From: Isurus oxyrinchus
Taxonomy: Eukaryota
Direction: 5' to 3'
Assembly (NCBI GenBank): GCA_026770705.1
Contig: JANJGN010000016.1
Coordinates: forward strand, 86,118,001-86,182,000
Length of the DNA: 64,000 nt
The position numbers and the translations under genes are program-made. The notes below the pieces were generated by a model that did no database searches, was not told the DNA's origin, and saw nothing but the letters and a program-made list of their open reading frames with translations. Every line of letters starts with the position of its first letter. The first letter of the stretch is position 1. Below, in pieces: positions 31,794 through 40,599 of the stretch.

Positions 31794-32262
31794 CAACACT
31801 CAAGAAGCTTGACACAATCCAGGACAAAACAGCCCACTTGATTGGCACCACATCCACAAACATTCACTCCCTCCACTACCGACACACAGTGGCAGCAGTG
31901 TGTACCATCTACACGATGCAATGCAGAAACACGCCAGGTCTCCTTAGACAGCACCTTCCAAACCCACGACTACCGATATCTAGAAGGACAAGGGCAGCAG
32001 GTAGGTGGGAAAACCACGACATGGAAGTTCCCCTACTAGCCACTCACCATCCTGATTTGGAAATATATTGTTGTTCCTTCACTGTCTCTGGGTCAAAATC
32101 CTAGAACTCCCTCCCTAACAGCACTGTGGGTGTACCTACACCACATGGACAGCATGATTCAAGAAGGCAGCTCACCACCACATTCTCAAGGGCAATTAGG
32201 GATGGGCAATAGATGCTGACCTAGTCAGCGACACCCACAAGCCATAAATGAATAAAAAATAA
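31794..32262 (+). mobile_element. 3' end of a non-LTR LINE (CR1/L2-group; C-terminal ORF2 plus 3' UTR)
   Basis: Translation TTLKKLDTIQDKTAHLIG...IHSLHYRHTVAAVCTIY resembles the post-RT region of LINE ORF2. The segment ends in an AATGAATAAAAAATAAAT tail. Confidence 0.75.
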
Positions 32263-32575
32263 ATAGACTTGTTGATGACAGAAATATTGCTTGGAAAGTA
32301 AGTTGTCAAGAGGACAGAATGGGCCAATAAAGGGATTTAGATCGGTTAAGCGAGTGGGGAAATATTTGGCAGGTGGGGAATAATGTGGGAGAATGTGTAT
32401 TGTCCGCTTGGTAGGAAGAATAGAAAAGCAGTAAATTATTTGAATGGAACGAGGCTGCAGAACTCTGCGATCCAGAGGGATCTGGGTGTCCTGGTGCATG
32501 AATCACAAAAAGTCGGTTTGCAGATGCAGCAAGTGATTCGGAAGGTAGATGGAATGTTGGTGGTTATTGCAACAG
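32263..32575 (+). mobile_element. CR1-type LINE reverse-transcriptase fragment
   Basis: Translation GRKNRKAVNYLNG..LQ...QRDLGVLVHESQKVGLQMQQVIRK. Confidence 0.85.
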
Positions 32576-32912
32576 GATCGAGTGTAAAAGTAGCACAGGG
32601 CCTGAGAGCACATCTCCTGGACTGGCTACAGTTTGCACTCCTGACTTAATTGTGGTTGTGATGATTTAATCCCAGCAACTTCCAGTTTCTTTTCTGTTTT
32701 TAATCTTGTAAATTCAAGAGATTCAGGATGAAACTGATCATTTTAAAATGATTGATAATTGGCTTTGAATCAAATCTTCTCCTGATGTGTCATTGATTGA
32801 CAGGCCAGCCAGCCAATCAGGACAAGCACTTGCTGAAAGGCAGCCAATCAGCTGATGGGGAGGTGGGACATTTCCAAAGCACTCACCAGACAGAGACTGA
32901 ATATTCTTAATG

Positions 32913-33013
32913 TTTATTACCTTTTACACATTGACATTTACAGAAAAAAGACTTGAATAAACAGCCCAGCCAGAGGGAGCTGGAGAAATTCACAGGGAGA
33001 ATGGAGGTTTATT
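32913..33013 (-). terminator. Two candidate polyadenylation signals (AATAAA) of the Ig light-chain transcript
   Basis: TTTATT on + at 32913-32918 and 33008-33013, ~500-600 bp past the C stop codon. Confidence 0.6.
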
Positions 33014-33216
33014 AAAACGCTTGTGGAGATTTTCTCCAGAACATGAGAATCCTGTCCCTTTAAACAGTGACTAAACCTTAAATTGTAACTGCAGGGTGAA
33101 CAGGAAGGGGTCTGGTTTACTGAAGCAGACACTTCGGAGGGTCACATTATTTTTGTACAGCTGACAGTCTTCAGCATCTTAGAGAGGTTTAACTTAGCAT
33201 CACGAGATTAAACTGA

Positions 33217-33352
33217 CCCATCAAACACTCCCAGGACAGGTACTGCATGGGGTTAGATACAGAGTAAAGCTCCCTCTACACTGTCCCCATCAAACACTCC
33301 CAGGACAGGTACAGCACAGTGTTAGATACAGAATGAACCTCACTGTACACTG
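33217..33352. repeat. Two copies of a 69-bp unit (CCCATCAAACACTCCCAGGACAGGTACAGCA...GTTAGATACAGA) in the C-gene 3' UTR; resembles a common shark dispersed repeat
   Basis: The unit starts at 33217 and again at 33286. Confidence 0.7.
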
Positions 33353-33512
33353 CACCAATAACGTGCGTTAACCCCTGACCCTCAGAAGTGTCTCAGAGCC
33401 AGTCCTGAGAAGGAAGAGAGTTGTAATTTGGTGCTGACAATGACCTTTGCCCTCCCAGCTCACCCCTGTTCTATTTAAAGTTGTGTCTCCTCTGTGGACT
33501 GTCTCTAACACT

Positions 33513-33841
33513 CTACGCACATTCTGATCTCCTGATGCTCTTGCTGAGGGGAGAGGAAAGACTCTCGTGGGTGACGACACAGGAGAAGCTGGCGTTGGAC
33601 TCCCAGCCGGAGCCAGAGAGGGTCAGCAGGCTGCTGATGCTGTAGGTGCTGTCCGAAGCTCGCAGGTAGTTGCTGGTCTGAACCCCGTCCGAAATGGCTG
33701 CACCGTCCTTCTTCCACTCCACCTTCACCTCATCGGGATAGAAGTGATTGGCAAGGCACACCAGGGTGGCAGTGCCCTTGGTCTTGACCTCCTCTGGGGA
33801 GGGGGGCAGCAGGGTCACTGTGGGTGGTGACTTCTCTCTGC
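33513..33841 (-). CDS. IGKC: Immunoglobulin light-chain constant exon, kappa/type III (NS4-like)
   Basis: Acceptor TCCTTCTCTTCCATTTCAG| at 33842 (phase 1). Translation (S)REKSPPTVTLLPPSPEEVKTKGTATLVCLANHFYPDEVKVEWKKDG...STYSISSLLTL....WESNASFSCVVTHESLSSPLSKSIRRSECA*. It has the C1-set Cys/Trp/Cys and the terminal inter-chain Cys. Confidence 0.97.
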
Positions 33842-34009
33842 CTGAAATGGAAGAGAAGGAAGTATAATCACTGTCATTATAATGTATTTCAACTTCCCGA
33901 ATATTAACTGGGATGAAATCTGTGTAAATGTATAGATGATGCAAAATTCTTATAATCCATCCAGGTGATTTTTTTTCGGCAGAACATAACAAACTCAGCA
34001 AGAGAAGGG

Positions 34010-35300
34010 ACAGTTTTGGACAATTTCAGGGAATGAATCTGTGCAAGTGGAATGTGTTTCAGTGGGAGAGTATTTGGGTAATAGTGATCATAATTCAGTT
34101 AGATTTAGAGCAGTTATGGAAAAGGATAAAGATAGACCAAGTGTAAAATTTGTACATTAGGGAAAGGCCAATTTGCCAAAATGGACAGGAAACAGAAACC
34201 TGAAGATAAATCAGTGTCAGAGCAATGGGAAACATTCAGGAAAGATATAAAATGGGCTCAGAACAAATATCTTCACACAAAGAAATAGCGTGGGACATTG
34301 CAAGAGGATAACTAAAGATTGAGTAAGGCCAATTGGAGACCAAAAAATAGATCTCTGTCACTCACTCTCTGTGACTCTTCCTGACTCCCCCTGTATCTCT
34401 TTCTCACCCACTCTCTCTCTCTGTATCTCTGTCACCCTCTCCCTCTCTCTCCCTCCCTCTCCCCCTCTTTCCCTCCTTCTCTCTCCTCCTTACTCTCTGA
34501 CTCTCTCTCTCTTTCCTTTTCTCTCTCTCCCTCTCTCTCTCCCTCTCACTCTCCCTCTCTCTCTCCCTCTCCCTCTCCCTCTCTCACTCTCTCTCTCTAT
34601 CTCCCTCTTACTCTCCCTCTCTCTCTCCCTCTCTCTCTCCCTCTCTCTCTCCCTCTCTCTCTCCCTCTCTCTCTCCTCCCTCCGTCTCACTCACTCTCTG
34701 TATTGGGGGGAGGGGTGGGGTTGGAAGCACATAGATGGTACTGAATGAATAATTTACATCTGTTTTCACACAAGAGAGGGACAACGCGGACATTCTAGTT
34801 GAGGAGGAGCAGAATTGTGAAATATTGGATGGGATAAACATCGTGAGAGAGGAGATATTAATGTGTTCAGCATCTTGGAGAGTGGATAAATCCCCAGACC
34901 CGGATGAATTGTATCCCAGGCAGGAAAGGAAACAAGGGAAGAAATAGCAGAGGCTCTGACCATTATTTCCCAATCCTCTCTGGATAGGGGTGTGGTGTCA
35001 GAGGGCTGGAGGACTGATAATGTTGTTTAAAAAGGGAGGAAGGGATAGACTGAGAAATTACAGACCAGTCACTCTAACCTCAGTGGTGGGCAAATGTCAG
35101 AAATCTTTCTAAGAGAAATTCTCATCATCATGAGGAGGTAACAAGAAGGGTTGACAACGATAGCGAGTTTGATGTAATCGATGTGGATTTTAGCAAGACT
35201 TCTGACATGGACAGACTGGTCAGAAAGTTAAAACTCATTGGATCCCAGGGAAAGGAGCAAGTTGTGTTTCAAATTGGTTGAGTGGCAGGAGGTAAAGGTT
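34010..35300 (+). mobile_element. Degenerate CR1 ORF2 fragments in the J-C intron, interrupted by a (CT)n tract
   Basis: Remnants of GEYLGNSDHNSVRF, VDKSPDPDELYP, NYRPVTLTSVVG and DVDFSK motifs. Confidence 0.75.
34355..34698. repeat. (CT)n/(CTCTCC)n polypyrimidine microsatellite
   Basis: Direct inspection. Confidence 0.9.
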
Positions 35301-35764
35301 TGATGTTAAGCTGGTTAAATCATATTGGGCTGTTACTTAGACATTTGTAAAGAGGGTTACCACAAATTCAGCACTGAAATGGTTAATAGTAAGAGTGTTT
35401 AAAGACTCAGTGTCCCTCTAAGACACTGTTAAGCTGTCAGGAAGCTCTGACTATTGATCAACCTGTCCGAGGGAAACAGGTTCACATTAACAATCCTCAG
35501 ATCACACACACATCGAGAGAACTTTATCCCAGAATGTTGGAGCAGACTTGGATCAACCCACTTCAGAAAGGATTCAGATTGGGTCTCGGTATAGAAGGTT
35601 CTAGATTTCATTTCAAACCTTGCTGCCCAGCACTGGAGAGAGGTCAAGGGTGAGGTTACAATTAGTCTCAGAGTCTGGGGGGCAGACAAGGTCACGACTC
35701 CGAATGACCCCATGAACCATGGAAAGTGAGAGTGCGAGGGTCAGGATTAGGAACCTTCAGTCTC

Positions 35765-36142
35765 AATACTTGCATTTCTATAGCACCAGTCATCATCTCA
35801 GGATTTTTACAGCTAACTGTACACAGTAAGATCCCAGTCAGTAGAGTGATGATGGCCAGAAAGTCAGGTTTTTTTGTGATGTTGTTTGCGTGATAAATAC
35901 TAAACAGAAAATGCGCAAGAACTCCCCTGCTCTTCTTCTCACAGCGCCATGGGAACTTTTACATCCCCCTGAGAGGGCAGACCTCAGTTTGTCTCATCTG
36001 AAAGACGGCTCCTCTGACAGTGCTGCCCTCCCTCAATACCGCACTGGAGTCTCAGCCTGGATTATGTGCTCAAGTCTCTGGAGTGGGATTTCAACCCACA
36101 ACATTGTGACTCTGAGGGGAGAGTGCTACCCATTGAGGCACG
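35765..36142 (-). mobile_element. tRNA-derived SINE (resembles shark Deu-domain SINEs)
   Basis: The minus strand starts GCCTCAATGGGTAGCACTCTC (A-box-like) and GGGTTGAAATCCC (B-box-like). It ends in an L2-like GCTATAGAAATGCAAGT tail. Confidence 0.65.
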
Positions 36143-36857
36143 GCCCACACCTCACGGTCCAATAGCCTGTCATGTTCACCCTCCCGCCTCACACTTGGAG
36201 GAATGAGCCCACTTGGGGAGAGTGGAGCTGTTCCCCAGTCAGAGACAGTGTCTTCAGGAGAGAGATGGAGAGCAGATTCCGGGAGGTCTGGAGTCTAGAG
36301 GGTGACATTTAAACATTCGGGGGAAACGGAGAGTCTCCCCGAAACCCTGGAACACTGAAGCCACTGGATTGTGGGCCCTGCTCTACCTGTTTGTCATCAG
36401 AAATTTGCCAAGAGATAACCAGGGAGTGGAGAGAGCAGAGTTCAAGCTGGGGGAGGTGGGACCTCGGTGTCTCACTGTGCTGGTGCTGTGATCAGTTATA
36501 TCAGAGACTGTGAGAGGGAGCCGGAGCTCATATCAAACTCTGCCCGTGTCTGTCACACTGAGACTGACAGGAGTCTAGTGAGTGATTTCAGTCCATGGTG
36601 CAGCAATGTCAGCACAGTCTGCAATCGTCCAGATCTCCTCTAGACGGTGGGTAAAAGTTGGTTATTTCTATCTTGCTGCTTAAAGGGGGGAATGTAATGA
36701 AAGAAATACAGCTGGGCACCCTGTTATACACAGTGTTGTTCACTGAACCATTTCATTCACTGCAGCTCCTCACTAACACCTTCAACTATTCAGCATTAGT
36801 GTTTGAGAAAGTTTCAGTATTGAAAGGGTTAATAAGGGAGGATTGGGGTCTACTTAC

Positions 36858-36892
36858 TCAGTCTGAGTTTGGTTCCTTTACCGAACGTAACC
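36858..36892 (-). CDS. IGKJ: Ig light-chain J segment (VTFGKGTKLRL)
   Basis: G GTT ACG TTC GGT AAA GGA ACC AAA CTC AGA CTG A|GTAAGT: FGxG motif, consensus donor, and a phase matching the C acceptor (A+GC=Ser). Confidence 0.97.
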
Positions 36893-36931
36893 CACACTGA
36901 GAGCTTCCAGTGCAGGGGCTGTACAAAAACC
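36893..36931 (+). promoter_or_regulatory. J recombination signal sequence, 23-bp spacer
   Basis: Heptamer CACACTG (36893-36899), 23 bp spacer, nonamer ACAAAAACC (36923-36931). Confidence 0.95.
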
Positions 36932-36952
36932 TCAGCTCTCTGCTTCACTCAG

Positions 36953-37132
36953 TCACTCTCACCCTCTCTCTGTCCCTCACTCACACTCACCTTTAACTCA
37001 CTCTCACCCTCTCTCTGTCTCTCACTCACACTCACCTTTAACTCACTCTCACCCTCTCTCTGTCTCTCACTCACACTCACCTTTAACTCACTCTCACCCT
37101 CTCTCTGTCTCTCACTCACACTCACCTTTAAC
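36953..37132. repeat. 4 x 45-bp tandem repeat adjacent to the J-RSS nonamer
   Basis: Unit TCACTCTCACCCTCTCTCTGTCTCTCACTCACACTCACCTTTAAC. Confidence 0.9.
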
Positions 37133-37257
37133 ACTCTCTCTTTCCCTCTCTCTTCCTCTCAATGCCTTTTTTTTGTTGGGAGAATTGAGAATCCCAATTT
37201 TATGTGATAAATCTTTCAGCTGCTCTTCATATGTGGACATGTAAGGTAAGAGGTAAA

Positions 37258-37748
37258 GTGACCATTATTATAAATTCTATATAACTGTGGGATGTGTCAG
37301 TACAGGAGGTGGGACAGTATGTCCATTATTATATATTCTATGTAACTATGGGATGTGTCAGTACAGGAGGTGGTGGTGTGTGTCCATTATTATATATTCT
37401 ATATAACTGTGGGATGTGTCAGTACAGGAGGTGGGACTGTGTGTCCATGATTATATATTCTATATAACTGTGGGATGTATCAGTACAGGAGGTGGGACGG
37501 TGTGTCCGTTATTATATATTCTATATAACTGTGGGATGTGTCAGTTAGGAGGTGGGACTGTGTGTCCATTATTATATATTCTATATAACTGTGGGATGTA
37601 TCAGTACAGGAGGTGGGACAGTGTGTCCATTATTATTTATTCTATATAACTGTGGGATGTGTCAGTACAGGAGGTGGGACAGTGTGTCCATTATTATTTA
37701 TTCTATATAACTGTGGGATGTGTCAGTACAGGAGGTGGGACTGTGTGT
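37258..37748. repeat. 8 x 61-bp tandem repeat abutting the V-RSS nonamer
   Basis: Unit (+) TATTCTATATAACTGTGGGATGTGTCAGTACAGGAGGTGGGACTGTGTGTCCATTATTATA. Confidence 0.95.
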
Positions 37749-37753
37749 ATTGA

Positions 37754-37781
37754 GGTTTTTGTCATGCTCTGTATCACTGTG
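37754..37781 (-). promoter_or_regulatory. V recombination signal sequence, 12-bp spacer (perfect consensus)
   Basis: Minus strand CACAGTG-ATACAGAGCATG-ACAAAAACC. Confidence 0.97.
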
Positions 37782-38076
37782 TTGGGGTTGCTGTTGTATT
37801 GCTGACAGGAATAATCAGCGACATCCTCATTCTGTACATTGCTGATTGTCAGGGTGAATTGAGTGCCAGATCCACTGCCGGTGAATCGCTCGGATGTTCC
37901 TGTGAATCGAGTTGTTGCCCCATAGATCAGGAGAGTCGGTTTCTGTCCTTCTCGCTGCTGGTACCAATTCACATAGCTGCTAACAGACTGACTGGCCGTA
38001 CAGGTGATGGTGGCGGTCTGGCCCAGACTCACTGACACCAGGGGAGGCTGTTTCATGGTGATGTCCCCACTGATAC
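37782..38076 (-). CDS. IGKV: Ig light-chain V exon (end of leader plus V), kappa/type III-like, open frame
   Basis: Acceptor CTCTATTACCCCTCAG| at 38077. Translation (G)[97 protein letters not shown], followed by the 12-RSS. The 12(V)/23(J) configuration is kappa-type. Confidence 0.97.
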
Positions 38077-38262
38077 CTGAGGGGTAATAGAGAAACAGAG
38101 TGAAGTAAGAACTGTCACACAAAGAGCCTGTAAAATGAGATATTGTTAGAGACAGTGACCGTTCCTCTGCTTTCAGCATTTTCCCTTCAATCACAAGTCA
38201 GTCGAATTGGATGGAAATGGAGAGCAGGAAAATATTCACGGTGGAAGGAGAGAGATTTGTAC

Positions 38263-38311
38263 CTGCGATGCAGAATGCCAGAGGCCAGATCAGCTGGATG
38301 GCTGAAATCAT
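38263..38311 (-). CDS. IGKV: Ig V leader exon (MISAIQLIWPLAFCIA/G)
   Basis: ACC ATG start context, 49 nt hydrophobic signal peptide, CAG|GTACAA donor, and a 186-bp phase-1 intron in frame with the V exon. Confidence 0.93.
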
Positions 38312-38371
38312 GGTGTCTGCTCCTGTCCCTGTGCCTGGTCACTGATAAACTCTCCCTTCACTGGGCTCAGC

Positions 38372-38470
38372 TTTATACAGCTGCAGCCTGTCAGAGTCTC
38401 ACTGGCTGTTCCTCAGTATGTAAATGGTATCACCCAGAGAGAACCACGTCAGCACCTTTCACTTCCTCTT
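38372..38470 (-). promoter_or_regulatory. V promoter: TATA box, variant octamer, CRE-like site and Ets-IRF composite element
   Basis: Minus strand TATAAA 38372-38377, ATTTACAT 38418-38425, TGACGTGG ~38444-38451 and AAGAGGAAGTGAAA 38457-38470. Confidence 0.75.
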
Positions 38471-38734
38471 CAACTCTCTCCCTCCCTCTCTCAGTATTTG
38501 TCCATCACTCTCTCTCTATCTCTCCCTCTCTCTGTCCGTCACTCCCTGTCTCTCTCTCCCTCTCGTTCTGCCTGTCTCCTTGTCTTGTTCTTCTTGTCTC
38601 ACTCTCCTTGTTTGCTCTCTCTCTCCCTCCCCTTCTCTTCCTTTCCCTCTCTCTCCCTCTCACTCTTTCTCTTTCTTTCTCCCTAACTTTCTGTCTCTCT
38701 TTCTTTGTCCCTCCACCTACTCATTTTTCTCTCG

Positions 38735-39740
38735 CGTAAGAAGTGGGGTCAACCTCCTGGAATCCATTCTATCAAATCCCTTCAGGATTTTATATGTTTT
38801 AATAAGATCCCCTCTCATTCTTCTCCATTGCACTGACTGGAGTCCCAACCTGTCCAACCTGCCTTCATGAAATAAACCCCTCATCCCAGGAGTGAGCCGA
38901 ATGAACCTTCTCTCAACTGCTTCGAACGCAATTATATCCTTTTTCAAATAAGGAGACCAAAACTGTACACACTGCTCCAGATGTGGTCTCACCAACGTCC
39001 CTGTACAGCTGCAGTAAAACTTCCTTATGTTTATATTCCATTCCCCTTGCAACAAACTCCAACATTCCATGTACCTTCCGAATCACTTGCTGCATCTGCA
39101 AACCAACTTTTTGTGATTCATGCACCAGGACACCCAGATCCCTCTGGATCGCAGAGTTCTGCAGGATCTCTCTCCATTTAAATAATATCCTGCTTTTGTA
39201 TTCTTCCTGCCTAGTTCACATTTTCACACATTACGCTCCATCTGCCAAATTGTTGTCCTCTCACTTAACCTGTCCATATCCCTTTGCAGACTCCCTACCT
39301 CCTCTTAACAAATTACATTCCTACCCATCTTGATGAGATCGACACATTTAGCTACCTTACAGGCCGCTCCGTGCCTCAGGGAGCTTTTCCTGTGCACACT
39401 CGCACTCATGCACAAAGCTCTCCGCTTACCCCCCTCCCTCCCACCCCCGACACAGGCAGCGCTGAGCGCTGTAGCACGTGGTTCACGCTGGGAGGGCTTT
39501 AATTGGCTCGCCAGTGTGAAATCCCGCTCAGGCTCCAATCACAGGCAGTGGTCGGCTTCCTGAACGCCCACTCTCACCCCCACCGAGTTCACCCGACGAG
39601 AGCAAAATCCTGGCCCATGAGCTCTCATCTTATGCAGCAATGTTTGATGTGTCACCTTATCAAATGCATTTAAAAATTCCGTGTACACCACATCTACAGT
39701 TTCCCCTTTATCCACCTTGCTTGTGACTTACTCAAAGGTG
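38735..39740 (-). mobile_element. CR1 RT/C-terminal fragments, interrupted by an unrelated ~280 bp GC-rich insert at ~39340-39617
   Basis: Translation LVRPHLEQCVQFWSPYLKKDIIAFEAVERRFIRL..GMRGL..EGRLDRLGL..RRMRGDLIKTYKIL and HESQKVGLQMQQVIRK. Confidence 0.85.
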
Positions 39741-39796
39741 GACAATCACACATTGACAACAAGGAACTGTCCCAAACATCAACCATGGTGTCCATG

Positions 39797-39943
39797 TCCC
39801 ACTGGACCCTCCAATAGAGACCAGTAAACATGGGCCTCCTTCCCACTGGAGCCTCCAATAGGGACCAGTAAACATGGGCCTCCTTCCCACTGGACCCTCC
39901 AATAGGGACCAGTAAACATGGGCCTCCTTCCCATTGGGCCTCC
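39797..39943. repeat. ~3.3 x 44-bp tandem repeat
   Basis: Unit CCCACTGGACCCTCCAATAGGGACCAGTAAACATGGGCCTCCTT. Confidence 0.85.
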
Positions 39944-39989
39944 AGTATCTGAGCTTCAAACTCCACATCTCTCCATCCCGTAAGCCTCT

Positions 39990-40585
39990 CATTTCCATCT
40001 CCACAACATTGTCCGTCTCTACACTACATCAGCCCCTTGACCACAGAAACCCTTATTCCTGTTTGTCTCGCCTCCTGACTCCATTATTCCGATGTCCTCT
40101 CCCGGCTTCCTTCATCCACGCTCCATAAATCCCAACTGTCCGAAATGCAGTGTTCCATACCCGGTGCCACATGAAGTGTTGTTCCTACATTATCCCTGAC
40201 CTCACTGACCTGTAACCCCTGACCTCACTGCCCTCCAATGCACTCCATGGCCTCGCTCCTCCCTACCTCTGTGTTCTGCTGCAGACTCACATTCCCTCCC
40301 TCACCCTTCCACCTTCTGACTCTGCTCTCCTGCCCATCGCTGCTTCCTTCATCCCACATTGACAGCAGAGCCTTCAGACGCCTAGGCCCAGCTCCCTGAA
40401 TTCCTGCCTTAATCCCTCCCCCTCTCCAGGCCTCTCTCTCCTCCATCAAACTCCATCCTTTCACCCAAGACTTCAATCCCTCTTCCTGAAGTCCCATCAT
40501 CCCCTCCCCCGTTCCTCTTACTGCAGCTCTCTGAAACCTCTTGGGATGTTTTTTATGTTAAGGCGCTATAAAAATTCACATTGTC
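39990..40585 (+). mobile_element. Degenerate L2-type LINE 3' fragment
   Basis: Pyrimidine-rich segment ending CTTGGGATGTTTTTTATGTTAAGGCGCTATAAAAAT, resembling L2 3' tails. Confidence 0.5.
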
Positions 40586-40599
40586 GATGAGAGAATTAT

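Noticed and set aside
2495-32104. Very long Pro/His/Thr/Ser-rich ORFs (e.g. 1488 aa, 986 aa) as mucin- or extensin-like genes
   Set aside because: Long ORFs occur in all three + frames and switch register constantly. The C/A-rich composition almost excludes stop codons, and no signal peptide, splice structure or domain is visible.
33315-33321. CACAGTG 3' of C as a kappa-deleting-element RSS
   Set aside because: There is no nonamer at 12 or 23 bp, and it lies inside a 69-bp repeat unit.
33842-34001. N-terminal extension of the C-exon ORF (MLSLLC...)
   Set aside because: It is intronic read-through upstream of a clear polypyrimidine-AG acceptor.
36858-38076. Germline-joined VJ gene
   Set aside because: V and J are separate and each keeps its own RSS.
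34371-38870. Leu/Ser or Arg/Glu ORFs at 34371, 34490, 36869, 38143 and 38424
   Set aside because: These are translations of (CT)n tracts or antisense Ig sequence.
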